A DNA stretch of 64,000 bases from Candidatus Obscuribacterales bacterium (GTDB lineage: Bacteria > Cyanobacteriota > Vampirovibrionia > Obscuribacterales > Obscuribacteraceae). The notes below the pieces were generated by a model. It was not told the DNA's origin. It saw only the letters and a list, made by a program, of their open reading frames with translations, and searched no databases. Location: contig CBDDIJ010000002.1 in assembly GCA_965228855.1 (NCBI GenBank), positions 2,272,001-2,336,000 on the forward strand. The letters run 5' to 3'. Of this stretch, positions 1 through 9,978 are shown piece after piece. Both the position numbers and the translations under genes were made by a program. Position 1 is the first letter of the stretch. Each line of letters opens with the position of its first letter.

Positions 1-1
1 G

Positions 2-1120
2 CTTCCGGACGGCGATGCGTATGAACTCGTTGAGAAAGTTCGCGCTATGCCGCAAGGCGAAGAACCGGCAATTATAATAGTCAGCAAGCAAACCGGCTTC
101 CTCGACAAAGTTCGTTCGATTCACTGCGGAGCTGATGCTCACTTTGAAAAGCCCGTCGACATGAAAGCCATGCTTCGACGATTGCGTTATTTACTTGATA
201 AGAAACGGCAAGAGCCACCAAGAATTCTCTCTGTCGAAGATGATCCGGATCAAGCAGCATTCATTCGCGCTTTTCTGGAATCGGCTGGATATCAGGTTCG
301 CACATGCACGGACCCGAAACACTTCGATTCATACATGTCACAGTTTCAACCTGATCTTGTTCTTCTCGACGTCATGCTTCCGGGAATGACAGGATATGAA
401 TTGGCGCGTTATATAAGACAGGACGAGCGTCACGCTACCTTGCCCGTGTTATTTCTTACTACGCAGGGACAGCTCGACGCACGCATCGAGAGTGCTCGCG
501 CCGGTGGCGACGATCATCTGGTGAAACCCGTTCCTCCTGCTCTGTTGCTCAACAGCGTATCATCAAGGTTGGAACGCTCGCGCTTCCTCAAGACATTGCT
601 ACATAAAGATGGTCTGACAAACCTGCTGAATCATACTGCGTTCATGGAGCAAGGCGGCGCGGTTGTCGCGCAGCAGCGTCGTCAAAAGGGACCGGTCGCA
701 TTGATCGTTCTCGACGTCGATTACTTCAAATCCATAAACGAACGTCACGGTTATCCTGGTGGCGATAAAGTTCTTGTCGCGCTGTCGCTTCTGCTCAGAA
801 GGCGGCTACGGCAGTCGGATATCATTGGTCGCATCAGTGGCGATGAGTTTGCGATCATTGCAGAAAGCCTGGACGAACGAGAGGCAACCACGCTTGCCAG
901 TCGAATACTTTCCGACTTTGCGGCAATGCAACATGTCACGCTTTCGCACTCTGGATTTTATGCCACGTGCTCAGCGGGCATCGCGATACTCGACGAGAAG
1001 AAGGTCACACTGGAGCAGTGGGTCAATCAAGCGTATACCGCCTTGCAAGAGGCGAAAACCGCTGGTCGAAACTGCGCGGTTGCATTCAATCCACAAGGTA
1101 GTACCAAGCATATTCCATGA
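2..1120 (+). CDS. Response regulator-diguanylate cyclase-like protein (REC-REC-GGDEF), 5'-truncated by the window edge
   Basis: Frame is open from position 2 (LPDGDAYELVEKVRAM, tail of a receiver domain). Second REC has VEDD...LLDVMLP...KP. GGDEF domain has RQSD I-site and SGDEF. Confidence 0.9.
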   Translation, partial: LPDGDAYELVEKVRAMPQGEEPAIIIVSKQTGFLDKVRSIHCGADAHFEKPVDMKAMLRRLRYLLDKKRQEPPRILSVEDDPDQAAFIRAFLESAGYQVRTCTDPKHFDSYMSQFQPDLVLLDVMLPGMTGYELARYIRQDERHATLPVLFLTTQGQLDARIESARAGGDDHLVKPVPPALLLNSVSSRLERSRFLKTLLHKDGLTNLLNHTAFMEQGGAVVAQQRRQKGPVALIVLDVDYFKSINERHGYPGGDKVLVALSLLLRRRLRQSDIIGRISGDEFAIIAESLDEREATTLASRILSDFAAMQHVTLSHSGFYATCSAGIAILDEKKVTLEQWVNQAYTALQEAKTAGRNCAVAFNPQGSTKHIP

Positions 1121-2124
1121 CGTCGACGGGTGGAGTTAAGGTAGCAGTTTTGGGTTCCGGCGCGTGGGGCTCGACTATTGCCTGGCTGCTTGCCCGGCAA
1201 GGACACGTTGATGTCAGTCTGTATTCCCACAACCCTGAGAAAGTGGCGCGCATAAAGGAAACGGGTCTGCTGGAAAAGCCTGCACCAGTGGCGGTGCCGG
1301 AGCGGTTGGCCGTTTCATCAGATCTGGATGCCACCGTAAATGGTGCTGGGATAATTGTCCTCGCCTGTACCTCGCAGATTATGCGGGACCTGTCCAGAAG
1401 TCTGCGACCGATTATCGGAGCCGGAAGTCCTATTCTGGTAAGCGCTGCCAAAGGGCTGGAGCTCAACTCGTATCTTCGCATGTCGGAGGTATTGAAACAG
1501 GAGCTACCGGGAATTCGGGTAATGAGTTTGTCCGGACCGAATCTCGCATTCGAGATTCGTGCCGGTCTTCCTGCTGCGGCTGTCGTAGCAGGAGACGTTC
1601 TGGATGATGCGAAACTTGTCCAGAAGACGTTGAATACGAGCAGCTTTCGCCTGTATTCGACTGACGATTTAATTGGTGTCGAACTTGGTGGCACTTTGAA
1701 AAACATCATTGCCATCGCCGCTGGTGGCTCTGACGGTTTGAACCTGGGAGTTAACGCTAAAGCCGCTTTGCTCACGCGTGGATTGACCGAGATGAAGCGC
1801 CTGGCGTTGAAATTGGGAGCGCGCGAATCCACTCTGTACGGTCTATCGGGGATGGGCGATATGCTGGCGACGTGCCAGGGACCGTTATCCAGAAACTATC
1901 GGGTCGGAGATTATCTTGCCAAGGGCACGAGTCTCGAGGTTTCGCTCAAGCTGGTGGAAACCGAAGCTGAAGGTGTAGCGACTACTTATGCTGTTTGTGA
2001 GTTGTCTAAGTCCCTTGGATTGGAACTGCCGATTGCCGAGCAGGTGCAGGCGGTCTTGAAAGGCACTACCACTCCGGAAAAGGCGATCATGGCGTTGATG
2101 ACGCGACCACTTGCCAATGAGTAG
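1117..2124 (+). CDS. gpsA: NAD(P)H-dependent glycerol-3-phosphate dehydrogenase
   Basis: GSGAWG Rossmann motif, SGPNLA, LKNIIAIAAG, GMGD and SRN motifs; ATGA overlap with upstream gene. Confidence 0.95.
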   Translation: MTSTGGVKVAVLGSGAWGSTIAWLLARQGHVDVSLYSHNPEKVARIKETGLLEKPAPVAVPERLAVSSDLDATVNGAGIIVLACTSQIMRDLSRSLRPIIGAGSPILVSAAKGLELNSYLRMSEVLKQELPGIRVMSLSGPNLAFEIRAGLPAAAVVAGDVLDDAKLVQKTLNTSSFRLYSTDDLIGVELGGTLKNIIAIAAGGSDGLNLGVNAKAALLTRGLTEMKRLALKLGARESTLYGLSGMGDMLATCQGPLSRNYRVGDYLAKGTSLEVSLKLVETEAEGVATTYAVCELSKSLGLELPIAEQVQAVLKGTTTPEKAIMALMTRPLANE

Positions 2125-2221
2125 CCTTAGGGCATCAGGTTCTGTATGATCTGTATCTAAAGTGCCGGCCGGAGATATGCCTTCGGCGGAGTTCTCCGAG
2201 TTGCATTTATGGGGTTTTCAA

Positions 2222-3442
2222 GTGAAAGAACGAGTTTTAATGCTTGCCTGGGAGTATCCACCCAGAATTATTGGCGGTTTGTCGCGAGTGGTTTGGGCAC
2301 TATCCAAAGAGCTTGCAAACCAGGGACTCGACGTGCACGTGGTGACGGCCGATCATCCCGGTACGCCCGAGTACGAACTGGACGGCCTTGTGCACGTTCA
2401 CCGCGTGAAAACTCAGACGGACACGACGCCGGATTTCGTGACTTGGGTTTCTAAACTCAACGTCGGTTTACTGCAATACGCAATTAAATTGCATATGCAA
2501 AAACCGTTCGACATTGTCCACGCGCACGACTGGATGGTGACCGATGCAGCCTGGGTGATGAAGACTGGCTTTGGAATTCCGCTGGTGTCGACCATCCACG
2601 CGACTGAAGCTGGACGCATGGGCGGCAACATTCATTCCGACATGCAACGCTACGTGAATCAGATGGAGTGGCGCCTCACTTTTGAATCCTGGAAGGTGAT
2701 CGTCAATTCAAAACACATGTTCTGGGAATTGAGCAATCATTTTAAGGTTCCGCACGACAAGATTTCGATTGTTCCAAACGGTTGCGACCCTTCGCACTTT
2801 GACTTCGAATTTGATCCGACACCGGTTCGGGTCCACTATGCGGCTCCGCATCAAAAAATTGTCTTGTTCGTAGGCCGGCTGGTCAACGAGAAGGGCGTTC
2901 AGATCATGTTGCAGGCTGCGCCGATGGTGCTGTCGCATTTCCCGGGCACGCAATTTCTTGTTGTGGGCACCGGTTACTTCATGGACGATCTGCGCGGTCA
3001 AGCTCATGCGCTCGGTGTCGACCACAATGTCCGCTTCCTCGGATACGTCAGCGACTACGACCTGGTTCGCCTCTACAAAATCGCGGACGTCGTTTGTATC
3101 CCCAGTCTCTATGAGCCTTTCGGTATAGTTGCTTTAGAAGGTATGGCGGCCAACGTTCCTGTCGTAGCGTCCGACACGGGTGGTCTGCGTGACTTCGTCG
3201 AAAACGGCGTCACTGGTGTGACCACTTATACCGGCAACGCGCAAAGTCTTGCCTGGGGAATGCTTGAAGTGCTTCGCAATCCCGAATATGCCGATCATCT
3301 TCGCAAGACAGCCTACGAGAAAGTGCACAGCATCTACAACTGGAAGAGCATTGCAAATGCGACTCGTGAAGTTTACGCGCAAGTGCTGGAGGAAAAGGTC
3401 GGTAAAGACAAAGAAACGAAGGCGCTTGCAAGCACGAAGTAG
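2222..3442 (+). CDS. Glycosyltransferase family 4 protein
   Basis: MLAWEYPPRIIGG, HAHDW, GRLVNEKG, EPFGIVALE (EX7E). GTG at 2222 preferred over 2162. Confidence 0.9.
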   Translation: MKERVLMLAWEYPPRIIGGLSRVVWALSKELANQGLDVHVVTADHPGTPEYELDGLVHVHRVKTQTDTTPDFVTWVSKLNVGLLQYAIKLHMQKPFDIVHAHDWMVTDAAWVMKTGFGIPLVSTIHATEAGRMGGNIHSDMQRYVNQMEWRLTFESWKVIVNSKHMFWELSNHFKVPHDKISIVPNGCDPSHFDFEFDPTPVRVHYAAPHQKIVLFVGRLVNEKGVQIMLQAAPMVLSHFPGTQFLVVGTGYFMDDLRGQAHALGVDHNVRFLGYVSDYDLVRLYKIADVVCIPSLYEPFGIVALEGMAANVPVVASDTGGLRDFVENGVTGVTTYTGNAQSLAWGMLEVLRNPEYADHLRKTAYEKVHSIYNWKSIANATREVYAQVLEEKVGKDKETKALASTK

Positions 3443-3586
3443 GTCGTGCACGATATCGGTTTTACCCTGCTAAATGAGCTGATGACCGACGCTGAGTCTG
3501 AAGCGGAAAACTGCCGGAAAGAAATAGTTTGAGCCTGGTGCAGGCACGGTACAAGAGAGAGAGAACAGGCAACTGGAGGAGAAACG

Positions 3587-6157
3587 ATGAAAGCTGTGAT
3601 CATGGCTGGGGGCTCAGGCACTCGATTAAGACCGCTTACGTGCAACCTCCCAAAACCCATGGTTCCCGTGGCCAACAAGCCGATGGCTTTGCATATCGTC
3701 AATCTCCTCAAACAGCATGGATTCGACGACATCGTTTTCACTCTGCACTACTTACCTGAAGCGATCAAAGATTATTTCGGCGACGGTTCCGAATTCGGTT
3801 GCAAAATCGGATATTCAGTAGAAGAGGGTAAACCGCTCGGTACTGCCGGTTGCGTAAAAGCAATTCAGGACAGGCTCAAGGACGACACCTTCATCGTAAT
3901 ATCGGGCGACACTCTGACCGACATCGATATTTCGGCAGCGTTGAAATTTCACAAGGAAAGAAAATCGAAAGCGACCTTGATTTTGAAGCGTGTTCCAAAC
4001 CCGTTCGAATACGGGCTTGTGATCACCGATGCCGAAGGTCGCATCCAGCGATTTTTGGAAAAGCCGGGTGCTAGCGAAATTTTCAGTGACACCGCCAATA
4101 CTGGCACCTATATCTTGGAACCAGAGGTTCTGAAATATATAGTCATGGGCAAGGAAGAGGATTTTTCAAATGACGTTTTTCCTCTGCTGCTCTTGAGAAA
4201 CGAGCCGATGTATGGCTATGTTTCCGATGCTTACTGGTGTGATATCGGAAACCTCCAGATGTACAGACAGGCTCATAAAGACCTTCTTGAGGGTCAGCTC
4301 ACTCTTGATCTGGAACTGCCTGCTGCCGAAGAAGATGTGATGATCGGTCCAGGTACAATCATCGATCCAACTGCAAAACTTCAAGGACCGATTTTGATCG
4401 GCAACAACTGCCGCATCGGACCCGGTTGCGAGATCGGACCGTACACCACTATTGGTGACAATGTTGTAATGCAAGAACAAGTCTCCATGAAGCAGCCGGT
4501 GGTCTGGTCCAACGTCTACATCGGTAATGGCGCGCAATTGCGTGCCTGCGTAATTTGCAACAACGCCACCATCCATGACGGCGCTGAAATTTTGGAAGGC
4601 GGCATCATCGGCTCCAATACGGCCGTCGGTCAGGAGGCTACGATCAGCCCGGACGTGCGCGTCTGGCCCGACAAGGTGATTGAGTCCGGCTCTCGCGTTC
4701 TTACTTCTTTGGTTTGGGGTACAAGAGCACCACGCAGTTTGTTTGGTGCGCACGGTGTTCGCGGGCTGGCTAATATCGAGATCACCCCGGAGTTTGCCGT
4801 CAACCTGGCCGCCGCTTACGGTGCCACTCTCGGCAGTGGACCGGTACTTGTGAGTCGAGATTACTGGCCTGTGAGTCAGATGATTTCTCGTGCGGTGATT
4901 GCAGGTCTGGTGTCAGTCGGCATTGAAGTTCAGAACTTAGAAGCGACGCCTTTGCCGATCGCAAGAAACTATATTCAGACTCAGAGAACTGCCGGTTTGA
5001 TCCATGTGCGCTTGTCTCAGCGCGAACTGGACAAGATTACACTCGAGTTCTTCGACTCTCAGGGAATCTCCATCAACAAGAAGTTGGAGCGAAAAATAGA
5101 AAATACGTTCTTCAAAGAAGACTTCCCGCGTTGCAAGCCGAGTGAAGTAGGCAACATCATCTATCCGAGCCGTGTGCGCCAGTACTACAAAGAGCGTTTC
5201 CTTGATTGCATAAAAGGACAGGTTTTTGAAGAGGACACCGTGCCATTCTGCGTGATGCCTGGTTCCGCCTTTACACGAGTGACAAAAACCGGTGACATCG
5301 CCACCCAGGCGCCACGCATCGTCGTCGACTATGCCATGGCGGAAACCGGAGTAATTCTGCCGGACCTGCTTGGGGATCTTGGAATTGAATCTGTTGTTCT
5401 AAACTCTTCTATTCGCGCGGTTCCTCCAAGACCGGAAGAACGGCTTGCCATGCGCAAACAGCTTGCTGATGTCGTCAAAGCATTAAATGCCGAGATGGGT
5501 GTGCAGGTTGGTAGAAACGGAGAGCAGCTCACTCTGGTCGATGAGACAGGTCAGATAATTCGTGGAGAATTGTTGCTTGCTCTGGTCGCCGAAATCATCT
5601 TGCGGGACAAGCCCGGCAAAACCATCGTCGTGCCGGTCAACGCAAGTTCGATTATCGAGCGCATCGCCGAGCAGCACAAGTGCAATGTCGTGCGCTGTAA
5701 GGCTTCCGACACCGAAATCGGCACCACCACGGCGAAAGTCAAAGATGCGGTCCTGGGCGGATCCTCGAGTGGATGTTTCATCTTCCCCGAATTCCATTAC
5801 GGACACGATGCGTTGTTCACTGTCGGACAGGTAATCGAGCACCTCACCTATCAGGGACGTAGCTTGAGCGAAGCGGTCAAGAGTTTGCCGCCGCTCATCT
5901 ATCAAGTCGACTCCGTACATTGTCCTTGGGAGCGAAAAGGGCAAGTGATGAGGCTTCTCGTGGAGAAACATCAAGATAAGCAAGTCGAATTGCTTGACGG
6001 TGTGAAGATCGAGACCCGACCTGAGCACTGGATTCTGGTGCTGCCTGATGCTGTGGAGCCGCTTGTGCACGTCTATGCCGATGGCAATGATTTGCAGAAA
6101 ACTTCGTCGGATTTGAATGAATACACTGAGCTTGTCCGCCACTTGCAGAAGACGTAA
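3587..6157 (+). CDS. Mannose-1-phosphate guanylyltransferase-like NTP transferase + hexapeptide repeats + phosphomannomutase-like domains
   Basis: MAGGSGTRLRPLT...PKPM, left-handed beta-helix repeats, LFGAHGVRG start of PGM/PMM domain; GGAGGAG RBS. Confidence 0.9.
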   Translation: MKAVIMAGGSGTRLRPLTCNLPKPMVPVANKPMALHIVNLLKQHGFDDIVFTLHYLPEAIKDYFGDGSEFGCKIGYSVEEGKPLGTAGCVKAIQDRLKDDTFIVISGDTLTDIDISAALKFHKERKSKATLILKRVPNPFEYGLVITDAEGRIQRFLEKPGASEIFSDTANTGTYILEPEVLKYIVMGKEEDFSNDVFPLLLLRNEPMYGYVSDAYWCDIGNLQMYRQAHKDLLEGQLTLDLELPAAEEDVMIGPGTIIDPTAKLQGPILIGNNCRIGPGCEIGPYTTIGDNVVMQEQVSMKQPVVWSNVYIGNGAQLRACVICNNATIHDGAEILEGGIIGSNTAVGQEATISPDVRVWPDKVIESGSRVLTSLVWGTRAPRSLFGAHGVRGLANIEITPEFAVNLAAAYGATLGSGPVLVSRDYWPVSQMISRAVIAGLVSVGIEVQNLEATPLPIARNYIQTQRTAGLIHVRLSQRELDKITLEFFDSQGISINKKLERKIENTFFKEDFPRCKPSEVGNIIYPSRVRQYYKERFLDCIKGQVFEEDTVPFCVMPGSAFTRVTKTGDIATQAPRIVVDYAMAETGVILPDLLGDLGIESVVLNSSIRAVPPRPEERLAMRKQLADVVKALNAEMGVQVGRNGEQLTLVDETGQIIRGELLLALVAEIILRDKPGKTIVVPVNASSIIERIAEQHKCNVVRCKASDTEIGTTTAKVKDAVLGGSSSGCFIFPEFHYGHDALFTVGQVIEHLTYQGRSLSEAVKSLPPLIYQVDSVHCPWERKGQVMRLLVEKHQDKQVELLDGVKIETRPEHWILVLPDAVEPLVHVYADGNDLQKTSSDLNEYTELVRHLQKT

Positions 6158-6520
6158 CCAGAGCTGAAACGCCATTTTGTTATCGGTCTGTCCGCCAGAC
6201 GGAGATAAACACGTGCCTGTCGGTGCTTGGCGCGTCTTGCCAAAATATTCGCCGGTATGAAATGATGGATGTCAGAACTGGTTACTCTGGCAGGCATAGG
6301 CAAAAATTTAATCTGGCAGATCGAGCGCATGTGCGGTTTTCGCGACCAATACAGCTCAGTCCGACAGATTCACGAACGACGAGTCATGGCTAGAACAAAA
6401 CTGAGACAGGGAGCCAGAAGTCTGGTTCCAATTGTGAAATTTCCGCATGACCGTTACGATTGGAAGCTCTTGGTAGAGGGCATAAATTTGACAAGGTCCA
6501 TTTAGGAGGCTCTAGAGAGT

Positions 6521-7324
6521 ATGCGTCATCCAGGCGATTCCCGAGGAAAAAAGGATGACAATCCCAACAACCGCAAGTTTCTGGATCGGCACACCGCCAA
6601 ACCAGCGACCGGTTTGTCGCGCAATGGTATTGATAGATCCGGCTACGGCACAGGTGATCAGGCAGTCGATGCCCAATCTCGTGGCATAACCGACTGGCAA
6701 GTCGCGCAGCACGAGCAGGTTCTCGTGTATCACGAGAACGAACAGCAAGCGGCATCTCCCGACTGGATGAGCCAACTGAAACAAAACTCGATGCAGTTTC
6801 TCGCCGATCAGCGGGGAGTTCAGCTGCAAGAGGTTTACAAAGAGTCTGTTTATAAGACGGGCATCGCTATTCTCGTCGACAAAATCTACGGACTTTTGCA
6901 ACGATACACCTTCGAATTTAACCAGGTTGCAGGCGGAACGGATTTGCACGTGTCCGGCACCATATCTGGTGATGTTACCGAGGTTACTCGATACAACCGT
7001 ATGCGTGAAGCGCAGGAGACTGCGACATATTTTCGCTGTCGCTTCTCAACGAAATTTTTTGCGCTCACAGTCAGAGGCAGTGAGGACACTGTTGAAGCTT
7101 ACATTTTGCCGGTCAATAAAGTGATGGCGCTCAGTCAAACTGAAAATCAATACCCGCCCCTTTGCGTCATACAGGTGAAAATTTCCGAGCACGGAATGAT
7201 GTGGCGAATGCGCGACAGCGAACCTGCTGTCGATACACTCGACCAGCTGTGCATGTGGCTTTTCACCAAACTAGTTGAGGAGACCAAGATTTGCGTTGAC
7301 AAGGGAATGAAACCGCCGGTTTAA
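6521..7324 (+). CDS. Hypothetical protein
   Basis: 267-aa ORF, AGGAGG upstream, globular-looking C-terminal part, no recognised motif. Confidence 0.75.
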   Translation: MRHPGDSRGKKDDNPNNRKFLDRHTAKPATGLSRNGIDRSGYGTGDQAVDAQSRGITDWQVAQHEQVLVYHENEQQAASPDWMSQLKQNSMQFLADQRGVQLQEVYKESVYKTGIAILVDKIYGLLQRYTFEFNQVAGGTDLHVSGTISGDVTEVTRYNRMREAQETATYFRCRFSTKFFALTVRGSEDTVEAYILPVNKVMALSQTENQYPPLCVIQVKISEHGMMWRMRDSEPAVDTLDQLCMWLFTKLVEETKICVDKGMKPPV

Positions 7325-7486
7325 GCCGCGGGCTCCTGCGTCGTCGTTATTATTCGACACTGTGAGGATTTATAGCCGTCCTCGCGATTCCGCTGGTTAA
7401 AACGCGTCGCTAGTGGTAATAAATGGATAGGCGCGTTGGCGTTTTGTTTTGTCCGCCGGAAATCTGAGAGGAGTTAGTCCGGAACC

Positions 7487-8626
7487 ATGACCTCAATTAA
7501 CCCGGAAATGCTCAAGCAACTACTCTCCGAATTCGAAGAGAAGGAAGCGGTTTGCGTCGAAGAAATCAACGCAATCACCGAACAAATTACTGAACTCGAG
7601 AAGAGAATTACTTCGTCGAAAGAAAGACTTGGCTCTGTCGCCCGCGACCGTGAGAAGATCGGTTTGATGAAACAGCGGTACGCTGAAGGCGATTGGTCAT
7701 CAGTGCTTTCGCAATTGCCGAAGACTAATGGAAATGGCGCCAAATCCGTCGATGTCACCAGGACAGGAGATGTTCCTCCGGTCGTGATGCCGTCTGTTCC
7801 AGCGCCGGAGCCGCTCCCTGCTCAACCAGTTGCGGTAATTGAACCTGAACCGGAACCAGCGCCTGCACCCGCACCGATTGTAGCGCCGGAACCTGCTCCT
7901 GTTGTCGCTCCTCCGGAAGCCCCGGCTCCGGCAATGTCTGCACCGCAAGCGAGCGCACCTAATCCGTTCGAAGCGCCCCCAGTGGCACCTGTTCAACAAG
8001 CTTTTCAAATGGAAGCTCCTTCCTGGGAGCAGCCTCAACCTTTTACTGAAGCGCCACCGCCTCAACCTGCGATGCCGGAACCAGCTCCTGCAGCTGCTCC
8101 ACCGAGCGGCGGGCTATTCCCATTCTCCGGACAGCCACAAGCAGCCGAAGGTACCGATGGCGGCGACATCCCGTGGGCACCACCGCCCTCTATGTCCTGG
8201 GAGTCTGTTGGTGGCACCACTTTTCCAAATCAAAATGCGGCTCCTGACCCGACTCAAGGTTTTCAAACCATTCCTCCTCAGCAACAACAAGCGCAACCGA
8301 GTCCCCCTTTTGGCGACCCGAACGCTTTCGGGGCTCAACAGCCTCAGCAGGCTCCTTTCGGAGCGCCGGCTGGAATGGATTTCGGTCAAGCACCACCCTC
8401 AGGTTTCGGTGATCCCTCTGGCATGCAACAACAAGCGCCTCCTCAGGGTTTCATGTCCACTCCTCCGGCGCCGCCTGCTGGCAATCAGCAGTCTGTTTTG
8501 TCCTCTGCTTTTGACGAGGAGTTTGACATAAGCGACGCGCTGCGCGGTGAAGATGAGTCTAATTCGCAAGACCCGCGAGACAGCGACAAAAAAATCAAGG
8601 ACGCTCTAAGGGGGCTGTTCTCTTAA
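7487..8626 (+). CDS. Hypothetical protein: N-terminal coiled coil, long Pro/Ala/Gln-rich disordered region, short C-terminal helix
   Basis: GAGGAG RBS; heptad-like N-terminus; low-complexity middle; ends DKKIKDALRGLFS. Confidence 0.8.
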   Translation: MTSINPEMLKQLLSEFEEKEAVCVEEINAITEQITELEKRITSSKERLGSVARDREKIGLMKQRYAEGDWSSVLSQLPKTNGNGAKSVDVTRTGDVPPVVMPSVPAPEPLPAQPVAVIEPEPEPAPAPAPIVAPEPAPVVAPPEAPAPAMSAPQASAPNPFEAPPVAPVQQAFQMEAPSWEQPQPFTEAPPPQPAMPEPAPAAAPPSGGLFPFSGQPQAAEGTDGGDIPWAPPPSMSWESVGGTTFPNQNAAPDPTQGFQTIPPQQQQAQPSPPFGDPNAFGAQQPQQAPFGAPAGMDFGQAPPSGFGDPSGMQQQAPPQGFMSTPPAPPAGNQQSVLSSAFDEEFDISDALRGEDESNSQDPRDSDKKIKDALRGLFS

Positions 8627-8740
8627 TTGCTCCATAAAACCAAGGTCATATTTGCATGTGTATCCTTTGCTAGGATATGCAGGAGACATCGTTCAGGGCT
8701 GGATTGAACCGGCTCGACAAGGCTTTATTGAGGGAGTTCG

Positions 8741-8953
8741 ATGAAACAAGTTGCAAGCATGATGGCTGGAGTTGTGATTGACATCCTTGTCAAACCCGGC
8801 GACGAAGTCACTGATGGAATGGAAGTAGCCATTCTCGAATCGATGAAAATGCAACTGCCGGTTTCTTCCGAGCAGTCTGGCAAAGTCGCTGAAATTAAAG
8901 TCGCCAGCGGTGACTTCGTCAACGAAGGCGATGTGCTGATGACGCTTGAATAG
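8741..8953 (+). CDS. Stand-alone biotin carboxyl carrier protein
   Basis: 70 aa, ESMKM biotinylation motif, GDxV repeats; GAGGGAG RBS. Confidence 0.92.
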   Translation: MKQVASMMAGVVIDILVKPGDEVTDGMEVAILESMKMQLPVSSEQSGKVAEIKVASGDFVNEGDVLMTLE

Positions 8954-8979
8954 CCGTTTTTAAACGATTGAGTATATCG

Positions 8980-9927
8980 ATGTTTGAAAATCTTCCAGCC
9001 AAAGTAAAAATTGTAGAAGTCGGACCTCGCGATGGTCTTCAGAACGAAGCACAACAGGTTGCGACAGCGGACAAAGTCGCGTTGATAAAAGCTATGGCTG
9101 ATGCCGGTTTGGCAAATATCGAGGTGACTTCGTTCGTCAGTCCGAAATGGATTCCGCAACTTGCTGATGCATCAGAGGTCGCTCGTTGTCTCTCCGAGTT
9201 GAAACTGGATGGTGTGAAAACGTCCTGTCTGGTGCCCAATTTAAAAGGATATGAGCGGTTCAAAGAATCGAAAATTGATGAACTTGCCCTGTTTATGTCC
9301 GCGACTGAAAGTCACAGCAAGAAGAACATCAACAAGAGTATCGATGAAGCGATTGCCGCTCTGAAGGAAGTTTCCGTCGTCGCTAAGGCTGATGGCTATC
9401 GCATACGCTGCTACCTATCCGTGGTTTTTGAATGCCCGTATGAGGGCAAAGTACCGAGCAATCAAGTTCTGCAAGTTACAGAGAAGCTGGTTACCATCGG
9501 CGTTGACGAAGTATCGTTAGGTGATACCATCGGTGCTGCCACTCCGGTTGACGTGTATAAAATGGTCAATGATATAAGTAAATACGTCGATAAAGACCGG
9601 CTCGCTCTGCACTTTCACGATACTCGCGGGACAGCGCTGGCGAATGTCGTTGCCGGTCTGTCAGCAGGTGTCACCATATTTGATGCTTCCCTCGGTGGGT
9701 TGGGTGGATGCCCTTACGCGCGGGGCGCCGCCGGAAACGTGGCCACGGAAGACCTTGTTTATATGCTGAAGGGCATGGGGATTGAGACCGGCGTAGATCT
9801 TGAAAAGCTGGTTGATGCCGGCGCGCTTGCGCAGAAGTTGCTCGATAAGCAACTACCAAGCAAGTACTTGAGAGCTGCGCTTGCCACTCGCGAGAAGGCG
9901 GCCGGAAAGCAGGAGTCGTGCGTTTAA
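8980..9927 (+). CDS. Hydroxymethylglutaryl-CoA lyase
   Basis: EVGPRDGLQNE, HFHDT and GGCPYA motifs. Confidence 0.95.
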   Translation: MFENLPAKVKIVEVGPRDGLQNEAQQVATADKVALIKAMADAGLANIEVTSFVSPKWIPQLADASEVARCLSELKLDGVKTSCLVPNLKGYERFKESKIDELALFMSATESHSKKNINKSIDEAIAALKEVSVVAKADGYRIRCYLSVVFECPYEGKVPSNQVLQVTEKLVTIGVDEVSLGDTIGAATPVDVYKMVNDISKYVDKDRLALHFHDTRGTALANVVAGLSAGVTIFDASLGGLGGCPYARGAAGNVATEDLVYMLKGMGIETGVDLEKLVDAGALAQKLLDKQLPSKYLRAALATREKAAGKQESCV

Positions 9928-9978
9928 CTCGTTTCAAATGAAGCGAATCGCGTTTCAGCAAAATCAGGAGCAAGGAGA

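Noticed and set aside
1086..1832. 248-aa antisense ORF, and similar long shadows at 5483-6175, 33252-33857, 38151-38744, 44552-45753 and 61282-61794
   Set aside because: Each overlaps a better-supported gene on the other strand and has no recognisable motif; shadow ORFs
6158..6520. 363-bp intergenic region as riboswitch/sRNA, or the 78-aa ORF 6269-6505
   Set aside because: No recognisable RNA motif, and the ORF lacks a clear RBS or protein features
7780..8480. Repetitive-looking DNA suggesting a tandem repeat or CRISPR array
   Set aside because: Reflects Pro/Ala codons in a coding region; no fixed repeat-spacer period
8661..8677. TATCCT-N5-AGGATA inverted repeat before the leucine cluster
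   Set aside because: Only 6-bp arms and not repeated elsewhere
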